Shown here: in pieces, positions 45,781 to 58,000 of the stretch
Numbering within the stretch: position 1 is the stretch's first letter
Layout of the letters: each line of letters starts with the position of its first letter
Source: Gekko japonicus
Lineage: Eukaryota
NCBI RefSeq assembly: GCF_001447785.1
Contig: NW_015163100.1
Span: 1,190,186-1,254,185 of the forward strand
Direction: 5' to 3'
DNA length: 64,000 bases
Made by a program: the position numbers and the translations under genes
The notes under the pieces: generated by a model
What the model was told of the DNA's origin: nothing
The model's database searches: none
The model's input: the letters and a program-made list of their open reading frames with translations, nothing else

Positions 45781-47428
45781 GCCCAGTGCCGGGTGACGCT
45801 GCCTCTCAGCCTGCCTGCTGCTCCGTCTGCACGTGGAGGGCATCACAGGGCGCTTCTTTTGCACCAGGGGAGGCAACCTGGGGACAGCTTTTGCATTTAT
45901 TGGAGCAGAGGCTGGAAGGTCAGAACCCACTTCCCCCGGTAGGTGAAGTGTTCCACTCAGCAGGTAGACCACCTGCATTGTCACAAACTGCCCCCCGCCC
46001 CAACTCTACCCTGGCAGCATCAAGCCTGCAGCTAAATTCTCCCGTGGAGACGTGTAAATATGGCACCCTCTAAGTCTTATGATTGAGCAGCCCAGGAGAT
46101 TCAGTTATGCCCACGCTGATTCCTGAGTGTTCCCATTCTTCCACGAACACTTTCTGTCTGTGTATTTTCTTGTGCGGCACCCCTCTATTTGGTCTCCCCT
46201 TTCTGTGTGTGGGTGATTCTGGCCAAGTGTCATGTGCCAGACGGGAGGGATGGCAGGACCATCAGCCCTCTTCCTGTCAGCGGTGTTTTCGTCCAGCACG
46301 GAGTCAGAAAGAAGCACCACTGACGGCCGGCCAGGGTGGTCTTTTTGTAAGAGGAGCGGGTCTTCAGTGAGAAAGGGTGCGGCTAAACTGGTGACTGGCC
46401 TGAGCCCCACGACCCCTCTTGGGCTCAGCCCTGGGATACGTCAAGACAAGAGGGAGACGCAGACTGCTGCTGCTGCTGTCCCAGGGAAGATGGTGTTGGG
46501 AATGTATGTGTTTACAAGGTCTGACAATCCAGTCATTATAGGGTTCACTTGTTTGCCTAGTATTGCTATTGTTTAGACTGACCTGGAAGGGATACCTGGC
46601 ATTGAGCGTATGGGGAATTAGCCCAGGGGAAAAGTAACTTCTGTTGTGATAAGTGATTGGTTGTTTGTTCCAGGTGACTTCCTTTCTAGGGGTAGAGAAG
46701 AAGGACAGATTCTCCATTATCTGTGTGTTATCTCTGTGTTAGTGTTGACTATAGACAGCTTAGAAAATGTAGCTGTTAGAGTTCTCTTTATTTGTAGTAT
46801 TCCTGTGTACCTTTACCCTTAGAAATGAAGGTTTTTAAAGGCAAGGAAATCTCTTCTTTCCAATAGAGCAAGATCCATTGATACTCTGAGTATTAAACAC
46901 TTTTAACTATTTTTTACAACAAATGGGACCGATGGTCCATGCTGCTTATATTCCTGGGGGGGGGGGGCAGAGCATGCCAACTGCGTGTTCCGTGACCCCC
47001 TGGAAATTAACGAGTGCTTGGTGTGCCCAAGAGAATGGCTGTAGGGCTGTGCCAAATTACCTCCAGCAGCCTATCTGAAGAAAGGCGTTATCTGCTGTGG
47101 AGTGTGCTGAAGGTAAACTCCAGGACAAGGGTCAGGCAATTCTGGAAAGTGCCAAAAGACGTCGCTCCTGGCAACTCTGCTCTGCCTCTCCTTTGCAGAT
47201 CCCTGAAAAGGAGAAAATGATGAGTGGATGGGAATTCTGATTCTGTCCCACCCTGTGCAATTCCTCAGTGCCACAAGCGGCTTGGCTGCTGTTGGCCCCT
47301 AAGGACGCCCTTTCAGTAAAACCAGTCCAAGGAAAACATCTGGGCTGTTGACGTGGATCCAATCTCTTTTACAGCTGCTGCTGTTACCTGCCCGGTAAAT
47401 ATCATTAGACTGGAAATTATGAAAAGGA

Positions 47429-47705
47429 GAGAAGAGATTGGGTTTATACCCTGCCCTTCACTACCCAAAGGAGTCTCAGAGCAGCTTACAAACTCCTTTC
47501 CCTTCCCCTCCCCACAACAGGCACCCTGTGAAGCAGGTGGGGCTGAGGGAACTCTTGACAGAAACGGCTCTTTTTCAAGGACAGCTCTTATCAGAACTAT
47601 GGCTTGCCCAAGGTCATCCAGCAGGTGCAAGTGGAGGAGTGGGGAATCAAACCCGGTTCTCCCAGATTAGAGTCCGCGCACTTAACCACTACACCAAACT
47701 GGCTC
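47429..47705 (-). mobile_element. Squam3-like SINE
   Basis: Full-length copy. Confidence 0.85.
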
Positions 47706-48194
47706 TGAAATTATGGCTGACATAGGCAGAAAGTGCAGTTGTCACAAGAGCCCCGCACTTGTTTAGCCAATTCATTCAGGAAGTTTTGAAAGCCGAGGGA
47801 CGTTTGTGTGAAAATCCCAGAACCTACAAGAGGACCATCGATTGTCTTTGGTGTGCAAAAGTAATGCAGGAAAGAAGGGAGAGCTGGAGAGGCATCTCAC
47901 CTGCTTGGCCCTGAGAGTCAGATGACCCAGACTTCAAACAGTGCTGCTAACCAGAACTGTGGACCTCTGCATTTTTCAGAGGGGGAGAGACCTCAGCAGC
48001 AGAAGTAATCTGTTCTTGGGTACATCTGGACCAAAAAGGATTTGTGCTTTTGACATGCATGCTTCGTACATAGGCTGATGTGATTATTTACAATGGTAAT
48101 TCAGCACAAAGTGGGTTGGCCAGATGCTCCCAGGAAAGGCATTCAGGGTGGGTCTAGCCCCCAGACTATCCAGTTATTGCTAGTTTGGGGTTCT

Positions 48195-48466
48195 AGTTTG
48201 GCGTAGTGGTTAAGTGCATGGACTCTAATCTGGGAGATTCCCCACTCTAATCTGGGAGATCTATCCACTTGCACCTGCTGGATGACCTTGGTTCTGGCAC
48301 AGCTGTTCTCGAAAAAAGAGCCATTTCTGTCAAGAGCTCTCTCAGCCCCACCTCCCTCACAGGGTGTCTGTTGTGGGGAGGGGAAGGGAGAGGAGTTTGT
48401 GAGCCGCTCTGAGACTCCCTTGGGTAGTGAAGGGCCATGGGGTATAAATCCAATCTCTTCTTCTTC
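48195..48466 (+). mobile_element. Squam3-like SINE
   Basis: Head, core and (CTT)n tail, with a small internal duplication of actctaatctgggagat. Confidence 0.8.
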
Positions 48467-48499
48467 TAGTTTAACCGCTTGTGTTAACCTAACCACTCT

Positions 48500-48950
48500 G
48501 GCTAGCCTGCTTTCATCAGATCTCAGAAGCTAAGCAGACTTGGCCCGCTCCTAGGTAGTCCTTGGATGGGAGACCACCAATGAAGTCCAGAGTTGCTATG
48601 CAGACAGGGGCGGATTAAGGCTCACGGGTGCCTGAAGCACTGGCCGATCTTGGTGCCCCTCTCCTTTCCACACTGACCCGGTCCATTTTAGTGGTTGACC
48701 TGACTCTGACCAGATATACAATGCAGGTTGCAGCCATACAAAAATGTATTCATAGGATAACACAATATACTGTACAAACTAAGCTTTTTCACCCTTTCCC
48801 CAACTTTGTGGTGCCCCCTTTGGCCCTGGTGCCCGAAGCACCTGCCTCGTCTGCTTCATGGTTAATCCGCCCCTGGCTGCAGAGGCAGGTGACGGCAAAC
48901 TCTACAGGGCCACCATAAATCAGCTGAGGCTTGATGGCTCTTTCCACTAC
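48500..48950 (+). mobile_element. 5S-derived SINE interrupted by a second hAT MITE family (48605-48875)
   Basis: catcagatctcagaagctaagcag...ttggatgggagaccacc (5S-like); MITE TIRs caggggcggattaa / ttaatccgcccctg; 6/8 TSD tatgcaga / gctgcaga. Confidence 0.75.
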
Positions 48951-50709
48951 CTAGCTTGAGCTAGGTTAACCAACGCCAGAAACGTCTGGAAACATCTGTC
49001 GAACGTTTTTAATCAAAAGATTGTCTCTAAGCGGCGGGTACGCACACACAGAGACCATTAAGCAGACCACAGAGTGCCTGGCTCGGCACTTATTTCTAGC
49101 TCTTGGTTTGTACACATTGGACCTGTCTGGATTATGAGAGTTTGGTAGCTGTGGCCTCGTATCCTTTGTGCGGGCCAGGATTCTTCGTCCCCAGAATGTG
49201 TCATCTGAGGAACAGGCGAGAAAACTGCATTGCCCGCCACCCAAAACCGGGGGCTTTGCTGAGGCACCACTGACGCTTGCATCATCTTCCAGCAAATAGC
49301 TGAATTGCTGCAATGAAGAATAGATCTATCCCGCCTACATTTTTGGTTTGATTACTCCAGATAAGCTGGAGCCACTGTGCAGATATGGAGGTATCGTGAC
49401 TTTGTGTTTCCGGCCTGTTGTTATCTCTACCCACTCCAACCTTCTGTGGCTTTACAGTAAATATATGAAGAGGCTGTCGGGCTGGCCTCCAGCTCATGTG
49501 GCTAAACTCGTTGGACTGGGGGGGAAAAAGAGAAAAGTGCACATTTCCTGTGAAAATGATGGCTTCTCCCCTCCCCGGCCTGAAAATATTTCCCGTGACT
49601 GAATAAACAGAGGACAGGAAAGCAAAAATGTCGCTAGGGGATAATCAGGCAAAAAGGCACACACACCGTTTTTATGCCTGAGTGTTTGGGGCTCCTTTCC
49701 TGGGGAAAGGATCCAAGGGGATCATGTGAAGCCCTCGAAGAGTCACACTTCCTAAACATCCATTACACATGGAAATTTCTGTCCCTTTCCTCCTCTCACA
49801 TGCATTGTCTAATGTGACGTGTGAATCTGAAACACAAATTTCCACAGCAGCAACTGCCATGACCCAGAAAGGTCCGAAGCGTCCCTGGGAGTTGGTAGGG
49901 CTCACATGAGTTCCTGGCTCATACGCTGTGTAGCTCATGATGTGGCTATTTATTTACATTACTTATAGCCTGCCCTTCTCACTGGGACCCCAGGTGGCTC
50001 AAACAGAAGAAATCAGATCAAGGTGGGTAGCCATGTTGCTCTGAAGCAAAGAGTCCAATGGCACCTTCAATACCAACAAAGTTTTATTCAAGGTGTGAGC
50101 TTTCATGTGCAAAGTTTGAATAAAACTTTGTTGGTCTTAAAGGTGCCACTGAACTCTAGCTTTGTTCTATAGAATAAATCAATACAATCACCTGGATGGG
50201 ACATCCAGAAGACAACGCAATAGGATTTGCTTTGCAGAGATCTGGAAAACCACCCAGCATCGGCATTAACGTGGCACGTTAGACAAAAGCAAAGATTGCA
50301 TCGCAGGAGCCTACGTGCAGCAACGGGCAGTACAAACTATACGCAGCTGCGTAGTCGACAGTCCCCAACCCCTCCCCTCAAGGTTCTTGCAGAACCGCAG
50401 GTTTCCAGTGCAGCCCAGCGGAAAGTGGCATGTGCCCTGGGCCGGAGAGTCCTGCAGTGCCTTGCCTGGTTGTCGGTCGGCGCCTCCCTCCCTTGCTGCA
50501 GCCTGCCCGGCTGTGCCATCATGCCTGGCATCCGCCCTGGCGGTGCCACTGGACTCCAGGTTTGTTCTACTGCTTCAGACCAACCCGCCTGACCACCGGG
50601 ATCCACCTGCAACGGGTGCAGATTGAGATGGGCTTAGTCGGTCTGCAGCAGCAGCGGAGAGCCAGAGTCCAGGAGCGCCTTCGAGGCTCAAGCAGTTGGT
50701 GGCAAAGCA

Positions 50710-51440
50710 AATAATTCAAGGATTTTTAATATTAGACTGCAATTTTTTAAAATGTTCACAAGGTGGTACCTTTCTCCTGTCCAACTAAAACATATGCACC
50801 CGAGCTACAATTCGATATGCTGGAAAGGATGCAGAGAAAATAGTGATTTATATTACTGCTGGTGGTCCTACTCCAAGATACAATCTTTCTGGGTACAGAT
50901 ACTGGAGGAAACCAACAAAATAACAGGTCAAAACATCCCACTAGAACTGGCTATTCTATTATTAAACTCAACAATCACAAAAGATAATCAAGAAATATAT
51001 ATATCCGATCTCACTTCTACATTATTGGCTATGGCAAGACTGACTATAGGGCCCTCATGGAAATCTCCCAAACCTCCTACCATTCAGAATTGGCGAAATA
51101 AATGTTGATCATTTCATAATGGACAAGATTGCAGATAAATATGAAAGGCGAACGAGTAGTCATACGGGATCTCATACCAAATTTGTGCGCAGGTGGTTCC
51201 CTTTCATCCCATATTCTGTGGGAAGTGATCTACTACCCTCAAACAGTAACTATTTGAAATGGATACATTTTTGATTCACAGTTCTTTAGTCTGAGCTCTC
51301 ATCACACAAGTATTACATGTGAAAAGTAGAGTAGACTGAGTATAAGGCTAGTTACAGTGCAATGTACAGATACTGAGTTGAAATTGATTGAAAACACAAT
51401 GTACTATATCTTTCAGTATGCATGTTTGTATTGTTTTAAT
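50710..51440 (+). mobile_element. L1/Tx1-type LINE 3' fragment
   Basis: ORF 50752-51108 (RWYLSPVQLKHMHPSYNSICWKGC...IQSFWVQI...WKSPKPPTIQNW). Confidence 0.75.
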
Positions 51441-51499
51441 NNNNNNNNNNNNNNNNNNNNNNNNNNNNNNNNNNNNNNNNNNNNNNNNNNNNNNNNCAG

Positions 51500-52086
51500 C
51501 AAAGCCCCTGGTTCTGGGTGGGGCAGGGCCATGCGGTCTCTGAAGGGGTGAGCGGCGAGCGACGCACGAAAGCCCTTTGAGACGGGAGGGGCTTCCGCGC
51601 TTTCTCCCCGAGCCGCGCAACTAAGCAGCGTCAACCCTCCGCAGCCCGGCCGAGGATGCCCGTCCAGTGGCCGGGGGTTCCGCAGGCACAACAACCTCTC
51701 AGGGTGAGCGGCAGGAGGGCCCTCTTCGCGCTCGACGGCACGGCGCCCCCCGAGTCCGAGGCGCTGCAAGGACGTGCGTGCAGCCATTCCACGGGAGAGG
51801 CGCCCCCCGCCCGCGCCCATGGGATTGCCTGCCCGGCCGGCCGGCCACCCGGGCAAGGGCTTCAAGCCGCCGCACCCCCCGCCTTCCGATTGGGCCGGCG
51901 GCCAGGACGCCGACGTTTCATTGGCTGCGGCCGCGAGACCGACGCCGCTCCGATTGGACGCGCCCTCCTTCCCCGGCCTCCCATTGGCCAGCCGGCGCGG
52001 GCGGAGGGGGGGGGCGTGGCGCAGGTACGGCGGCCGCGGGCGGCCGCGAGTCCTCCGGTGGCGAAGCGGCCGGCGAGAGAGCCCGA
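51500..52086 (+). promoter_or_regulatory. CYB5B CpG-island promoter with four inverted CCAAT boxes and GC boxes
   Basis: ATTGG at 51889, 51920, 51953 and 51983; gggcggagggggggggcgtggc at ~52000. Confidence 0.75.
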
Positions 52087-55000
52087 ATGGGGACGGAGCA
52101 AGGCGGAGGGGGCCGAGCCGGGTCCGGCTCCGAGCCCCGCCACGGTGGGCCCTTCTTCACCCTGGCCGAGGTCATCTTCACAGCAACCCTGCGAGGTAGG
52201 CAGGCCTGGGAGAAGGGAATGGGCCCCAGCTCAGCTGGGGCGGGGGGGGGGCGAGTGTGGAGCTGCCGCGGCTCTTTCTCCCTTCCTGGCCTAATGCTCT
52301 AACCACTAGGCCGTGTGTGGAGCAGCCCCGCCCCCGCGGTTTGATTCCAGAGAGTGGAATGCCTCTGACTGCAGAGGGTCCCCTTGTTGGTTTCTCTCCC
52401 TCTTTTTTCCAGGTCTGAAAAATACCATACACAGAGTTAAAGTTAAAATGCCATCCTACAAGAAAACACAAAGACAGTTTCCAAGATCAGGGCAAGCAGC
52501 TTGCCAAGAAGCCAGACACAGAAACATAGAGGTGGAAGGGACCTCACAGGTCATCTAGTCCAACCCCCCCCCCCCCCCACAATGNNNNNNNNNNNNNNNN
52601 NNNNNNNNNNNNNNNNNNNNNNNNNNNNNNNNNNNNNNNNNNNNNNNNNNNNNNNNNNNNNNNNNNNNNNNNNNNNNNNNNNNNNNNNNNNNNNNNNNNN
52701 NNNNNNNNNNNNNNNNNNNNNNNNNNNNNNNNNNNNNNNNNNNNNNNNNCGCACAATGCAGGAAATTCACACACACACCCCAGTGACTCCACCCAGTGGA
52801 AGGCAAAAAACCTCCAGGACCCCTGGGCCAGTCTAGCCTGGATAAAATTGCTTCCTGGCCGTGAAGTGGTGATCCGCATTTCCCTGGGCATGTAAGAAGG
52901 GGCCACGAGAACTGAGCACTGATCTGCTTAAGTTCACAGGACTGGCATTGCCATCTAGCCTCAGTTTGAAAACCTCCAAAGAAAGGAGAGCCCACCACCT
53001 CCCAAGGAAGCCTGTTCCACTTAGGAACCACTGTAACTGCCAGGAAGTTCGTCCTAATGTTTAGCTGAAAACCATCAGGGCATGGCGGAGACTTCAGCCT
53101 CTGCCATGCCCCGGAGAGCTGACGGGCAGGGGGACAGCCTGTGCTTCGCAGGCAGGCGCAGCCAGGCTGGAAAGGAGGCACAACCAGGGCTGGCCCCTGT
53201 GAACTAGCTGGTCACCTAGGATGCCAGGCTTTAAGGGGCACCAAATCAGATGGAAGTGAATTTCTTTTCTCTATTTAAGAAGATATTACTGTGTTTTCTA
53301 CTAAGAAACAAAAGTTCATTCTATACTTCTCATTTTTCTCTGTTGAAAGTGTGCAGAGGTGTGTGCGTGCACGCCAGATTCATAGCTCACCTAGGGCACC
53401 AAAAATCCTTGCGCCAGGCCTAAGCTGGCTACCAGTCAGAGCTGACAGGAGCAGCAACTGCCAGACAGTCTGTTATTCCAGGAGGATCTTTCATCTGATT
53501 AGGTCTTCTGGATGAGTGTTGCTTGTGTGAGAACTCTGAAGTTGCTCTTCATTTCCCAGTAGGGTGAGAAATATGTGCCAGGTAACAGAAGAGCTATTTT
53601 TTTAAAAAGCCCATAAACCTGACTTCATCAGAGGAGAAAAAACAAGACAAAATGTTCTCAGCTACAGGTCTGTGGGCACACCTGCACGGCCCCCAGGTGT
53701 CTAAATTATATCTGGATTGTACTCAGCAAAAGTGCCCGGTGTGGGAACTGAGGATTCTGGTTGCTTTGAAGTTCATTATTATGATGACTTCTTATTGCTA
53801 GTGTACCTTTTCGTTCCCTGGCCAAGGCAGATAACAAACCTCATGTAGATGCCTTAGAAGGCAACACCAAACAGTCATTAATATCAACTGTTATCAATAT
53901 CACCTCCACACACTAAAAGATGGTCATCACCTGCCATTGATTGCAGCAGTGAAAACAAATTCCAGGACGGCCCCGCAAATTCAAAGGACCTCAGAGACCG
54001 ATCTGAATACAAAATGGCTTCCCACAGTCTCTTGTCTACTTACCTGCTTGGGCCTCTTCTGTAAAGAAATTCCCATGACCTGGGGCCACTGCTACAAAGG
54101 CCTTGCTGCCCTTCGTTTGTGCTTGTAGGAGGAGTGCAGGGAGGCCTTTCTGACTCTGGAGGGCTCACCAGGACAGGGGCACTTCCCAGCGTCCCTGCGT
54201 GCGACTTCTCATCTTCCCACCGAGAAGCTCAGCCAGTCAGGATGGCTGGGAGGTCTCGGCTGCTGCCTTCAAGTCGCTGGTCACCTCTGGCAGAGAGCCT
54301 CTGTCTGGGGTGGGAGGGAGCGGCGGCTCGGTGGGGTGTGTGCACAGCAGAGCTGAATCCCGGCCCTCTTCTGTCCAAGGATCTCAACCTCTGGAGGATG
54401 GCTGCTGGGCAGACAGGCCATAGTACCCAAGGCCAGGACCTGAGAGAACCAGTTTGGCGTAGTGGTTAGGAGCGGTGGACTCTAATCTGGGAGAACAGGG
54501 TTTGACTCCCCACTCCTCCACGTGCAGCTGCTGGTGTGACCTTGGGTCAGTCACAAGTTTCAGAGCTGTTCTCTCAGGAGCAGTTCTTGAGAGGAGAGCT
54601 CTCTCAGCCCCCACCTACCTCACAGGGAGGGGAAAGGAGATTGTACTACTCTGAGTGATGGGTGAGGTATAAATCCAGTCTCCTCCTCTTCTCTTCAGGC
54701 AGCTTGTTTGTTCAGGCTCTTTTGTGCCACTGTTCCTTCCCACTGTGGGGGGACTAAAGGCCTGTGAGTGAATCCTCGGCCCTTGACTAGGGAGCCCTTC
54801 CGGATGCCTCCCAGTTGCAGTCCTGGTGGTGCGGATGGCCAGGGCTGCTCCCCACACCCTCCCCCAGGCCCCCTTGTCCTCCCCGGGGCATTTGCCCAGG
54901 GAGTGTCCTTGCTGCGTGATCCTTGACTGGGATTGAGCTGGCCTGTAGGGCAAAGGGTGAGAGGTCGTCTGGCCAGGGGAGCGCCTGCATTCTCTTCCTG

Positions 55001-58000
55001 TGGCCGGATGCTTCACACACAGTCAGCCCCTTGCAACAGGGATTGTTTAAAAAACAGAGCTTCCTTAATGGAAGCCCTTTCGTGTGGCAGAAGCCCACGG
55101 CTTTGTGAGAACAAAGGAGAGCAGGCGGCTCCTAAAATGTGTCAGTTAAATTCTCAGCTCATTTGGATCTATGATGGGTGGCTGAGAGTCTTTTAGAAGG
55201 GAGCCCTCGAGGTGCTTGTTTCTGCAGTCCTTCTCAGTTGGGGCACCTCTTCCGCCAAGGCAGGAGCTGTGTCTTCCAGCCTGGTTCGGTGTGGCACCTC
55301 CTGCTATTCTTTGGGAGACATAATTTGGGACAAGAATGGCCTTGGCTACAGGCAAGTCTTCGATGTGTTGATGTACCTCTCTGTGTCTGCAAGGGGGGAA
55401 CTAAAAATGAAAGGTGCCAAGAAATGTAGGTCTTCCTCAAATTGGCCTGGCTGGAAAGGTGTCTCCCCACATGTTGTGTCTGCCGGGTTCTCCTGATGTG
55501 GAAAAGAGCTTCTGCACCCTGCAGAGTCACTGTAGGCGGAAGGCTTGTGCAATGCTGTGCCTCTCCCCAGCATGGTTGACCCCCTGGGAGAGTCTGGGCA
55601 GACTGGGCCGACCTTGACCTTCAGACTAACCTCTAGAGAAACTCACACACGATGCATTTGGGGCTCATTTCTATCTCTAGCCAAATTCCAGTTGTTTGAA
55701 GTGACAAAAGCTATGGTTTTAATCTAAGATGTTCAAAAACATACACTTACATGAATTTTAAAGGAAAACAGTAAAATTAACAGTTTCTAATAGTTTTTGT
55801 TACCGTAGGAAATTTTTATACCTCCTGAGCATATCACTCCCAGGAAGAAAAGGATTACTGTGTGATGAAGGGCTGTTTCCCTCAAGAGCATATTGAAAGG
55901 GTTTCCTGCAGCATTATTCTAGGGGGAAAACTCATGGTGTATTTTTTTTTACCCCAATGTGTTACATGGGCTGGAGTTAAAAAGCTACCCCAATTGGCAA
56001 AATGCATATTTTTTGGTGGCTGTTTTCTGCCCCAGGTGCTTTTGTGCTTATGGAAGGTAACGGGTGAGTGGGAAGTGTCCCTGCTTGCTACTGTACAGGT
56101 GGCCATGTCCTAAGAGGGAAACGTTTTTCTATATTCTGCCCCCAAAAGCACAGGCAGGGTGGCTAATTCACCTGCAGGCACGGGAAGTTGAGTTCTGTTG
56201 CCTGGCAATGGGTGAGCGGCCCCTCAGGGCCTCCTGTTGCAGCAAACTTGCCAGGATCCGAGGCAAAGAGATTCGGTTTTCCCGAGCTTCTCTCAAGGTC
56301 TGCCTTTGATTTCAGAATGCACAAAAGCAAAGCATGGGAACCGCTTGCAGGTGTACTTGTTCAAACTCTTGTTTGTATGTTGCCCGTGCTCTCCCTTTGC
56401 CCCTCCACGCCATTCACCTGCAGGCACGGGAAGTTGAGTTTTGTTGCCTGGCAATGGGTGAGCTGCCCCTCAGGGCCCCCTGTTACAGCAAACTTGCCAG
56501 GATCCAAGGCAAAGAGAATCGGTTTTGCCGAGCTTCTCTCAAGGTCTGCCTTTGATTTCAGAGTGCACAGAAGCAAAGCATGGGAACCGCTTGCAGGTGT
56601 ACTTGTTCAAACTCTTGTTTGTATGTTGCCCGTGCTCTCCCTTTGCCCCTCCACGCCCTTTCCTGGGGGAAAATATGAAACCTGCCGAAGGGGAGGTTGA
56701 TGACGTCCGTGTGAGCTGTTTGGCCTCTGCCCTGTGCTGGCCTTTGGAGGAGTTTTGCCTTGGGAGCACAATGCACCCCAGGGTCTCTTGCAACTCGTTA
56801 AAGGTGTGCTGGGCCGGTTTTGCACTCTCTGACCTCAGACTGCTATGTGCAGCCACAGTTTTTCTGGAAGAAGAAGAAGAGATTGGAGTCTCAGGGCAGC
56901 TTACAAACTCCTTTCCCTTCCCCTCCCCACAACAGACACCCCATGAGGTAGGTGGGGCTGAGAGAGCTCTGACAGAAACGGCTCTTTTTCAAGGACAGCT
57001 CTGAGAGAACTATGGCTTGCCCAAGGTCATCCAGCAGCTGCGAGTGGAGGAGTGGGGAACCAAACCCGGTTCTCCCAGATTAGAGTCCGCACACTTAACC
57101 ACTATGCCAAACTGACACTCTGATGGCACTCAGCAGGTGGGGGGGGGAGGTGAAGGACTCTTCAAAGATCACTGACAGCAAGAAGTTCCACCGAGTGTAG
57201 ACTAGGAGCTGTCTTCCCTCTTTGTTCAGTGTCCAGCTTTCTGACTAGCCTGATTCTAACCTGCAGGGTAAGAATTCCCTTGAGCTGCTTTGTCCCAGGA
57301 GCCTGGCATTGGTATGTGCACAGCTCCTGTCAGGGTGGGAGGGGGTGCTTTAATGCCCGAGGGGCACTTGGGGACGTGCGGACGGAGCTGGAAGATCTCA
57401 CCAATTATTCTTTCCAGCACCCTGGAGGAGAAGAGGTTCTGCTGGAGCAAGCCGGTAGAGATTCCACGGAGTCCTTTGAAGACGTCGGTCACTCCGTGGA
57501 TGCCCGGGAGATGCTCGATCAGTACCTCATTGGAGAGGTGCATCCGGTGAGGTCCTATTGATAGAACAGTCTTGGAACGACAATTTTGTGTGTGTGTAAA
57601 GTGCCACCGCTCGTATTAGGAAGATCATTGAGTAGGTCAAATGTTAGATCTTTGTACACACTCCTAAGTACGCCATCCTGAGCAACTAATTAAACATCGC
57701 CAGCACTTTATGAATTATTTATAATTAAACTGTTTTTAAATGATTTAATGTGGATTTTAATTGTTATTTATGTATTAAGCTGGAGCTGCGGTGGCTCAAG
57801 TGGTTAAGACGCTGAACTGCAGGCTGTGGAAGGTCGGTCGTTCAGCAGTTCGAGACCCGAGTGTGCCGCATGACGGAGTGAGCTCCCGTCTCTAGTTCCA
57901 GCTCCTGCCAACCTAGCAGTTCGAAAGCAAGAAATTGCAAGTAGTTAAATAGGTACCACTTCGGTGGGAAGGTAACAGTGTTCCATGTGCCTCGGTGTTT

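Noticed and set aside
46080-47100. Possible solo LTR
   Set aside because: LTR-like composition, but no clear TG...CA ends with TSD could be defined
48510-48580. 5S rRNA gene, and tRNA genes at SINE heads
   Set aside because: Diverged partial matches fused to SINE bodies; retroposon heads rather than functional RNA genes
48960-49950. Unassigned non-repetitive-looking stretch, including ctgaggaacaggcgagaaaac (hammerhead-like)
   Set aside because: No recognisable ORF, splice pattern or supporting stems
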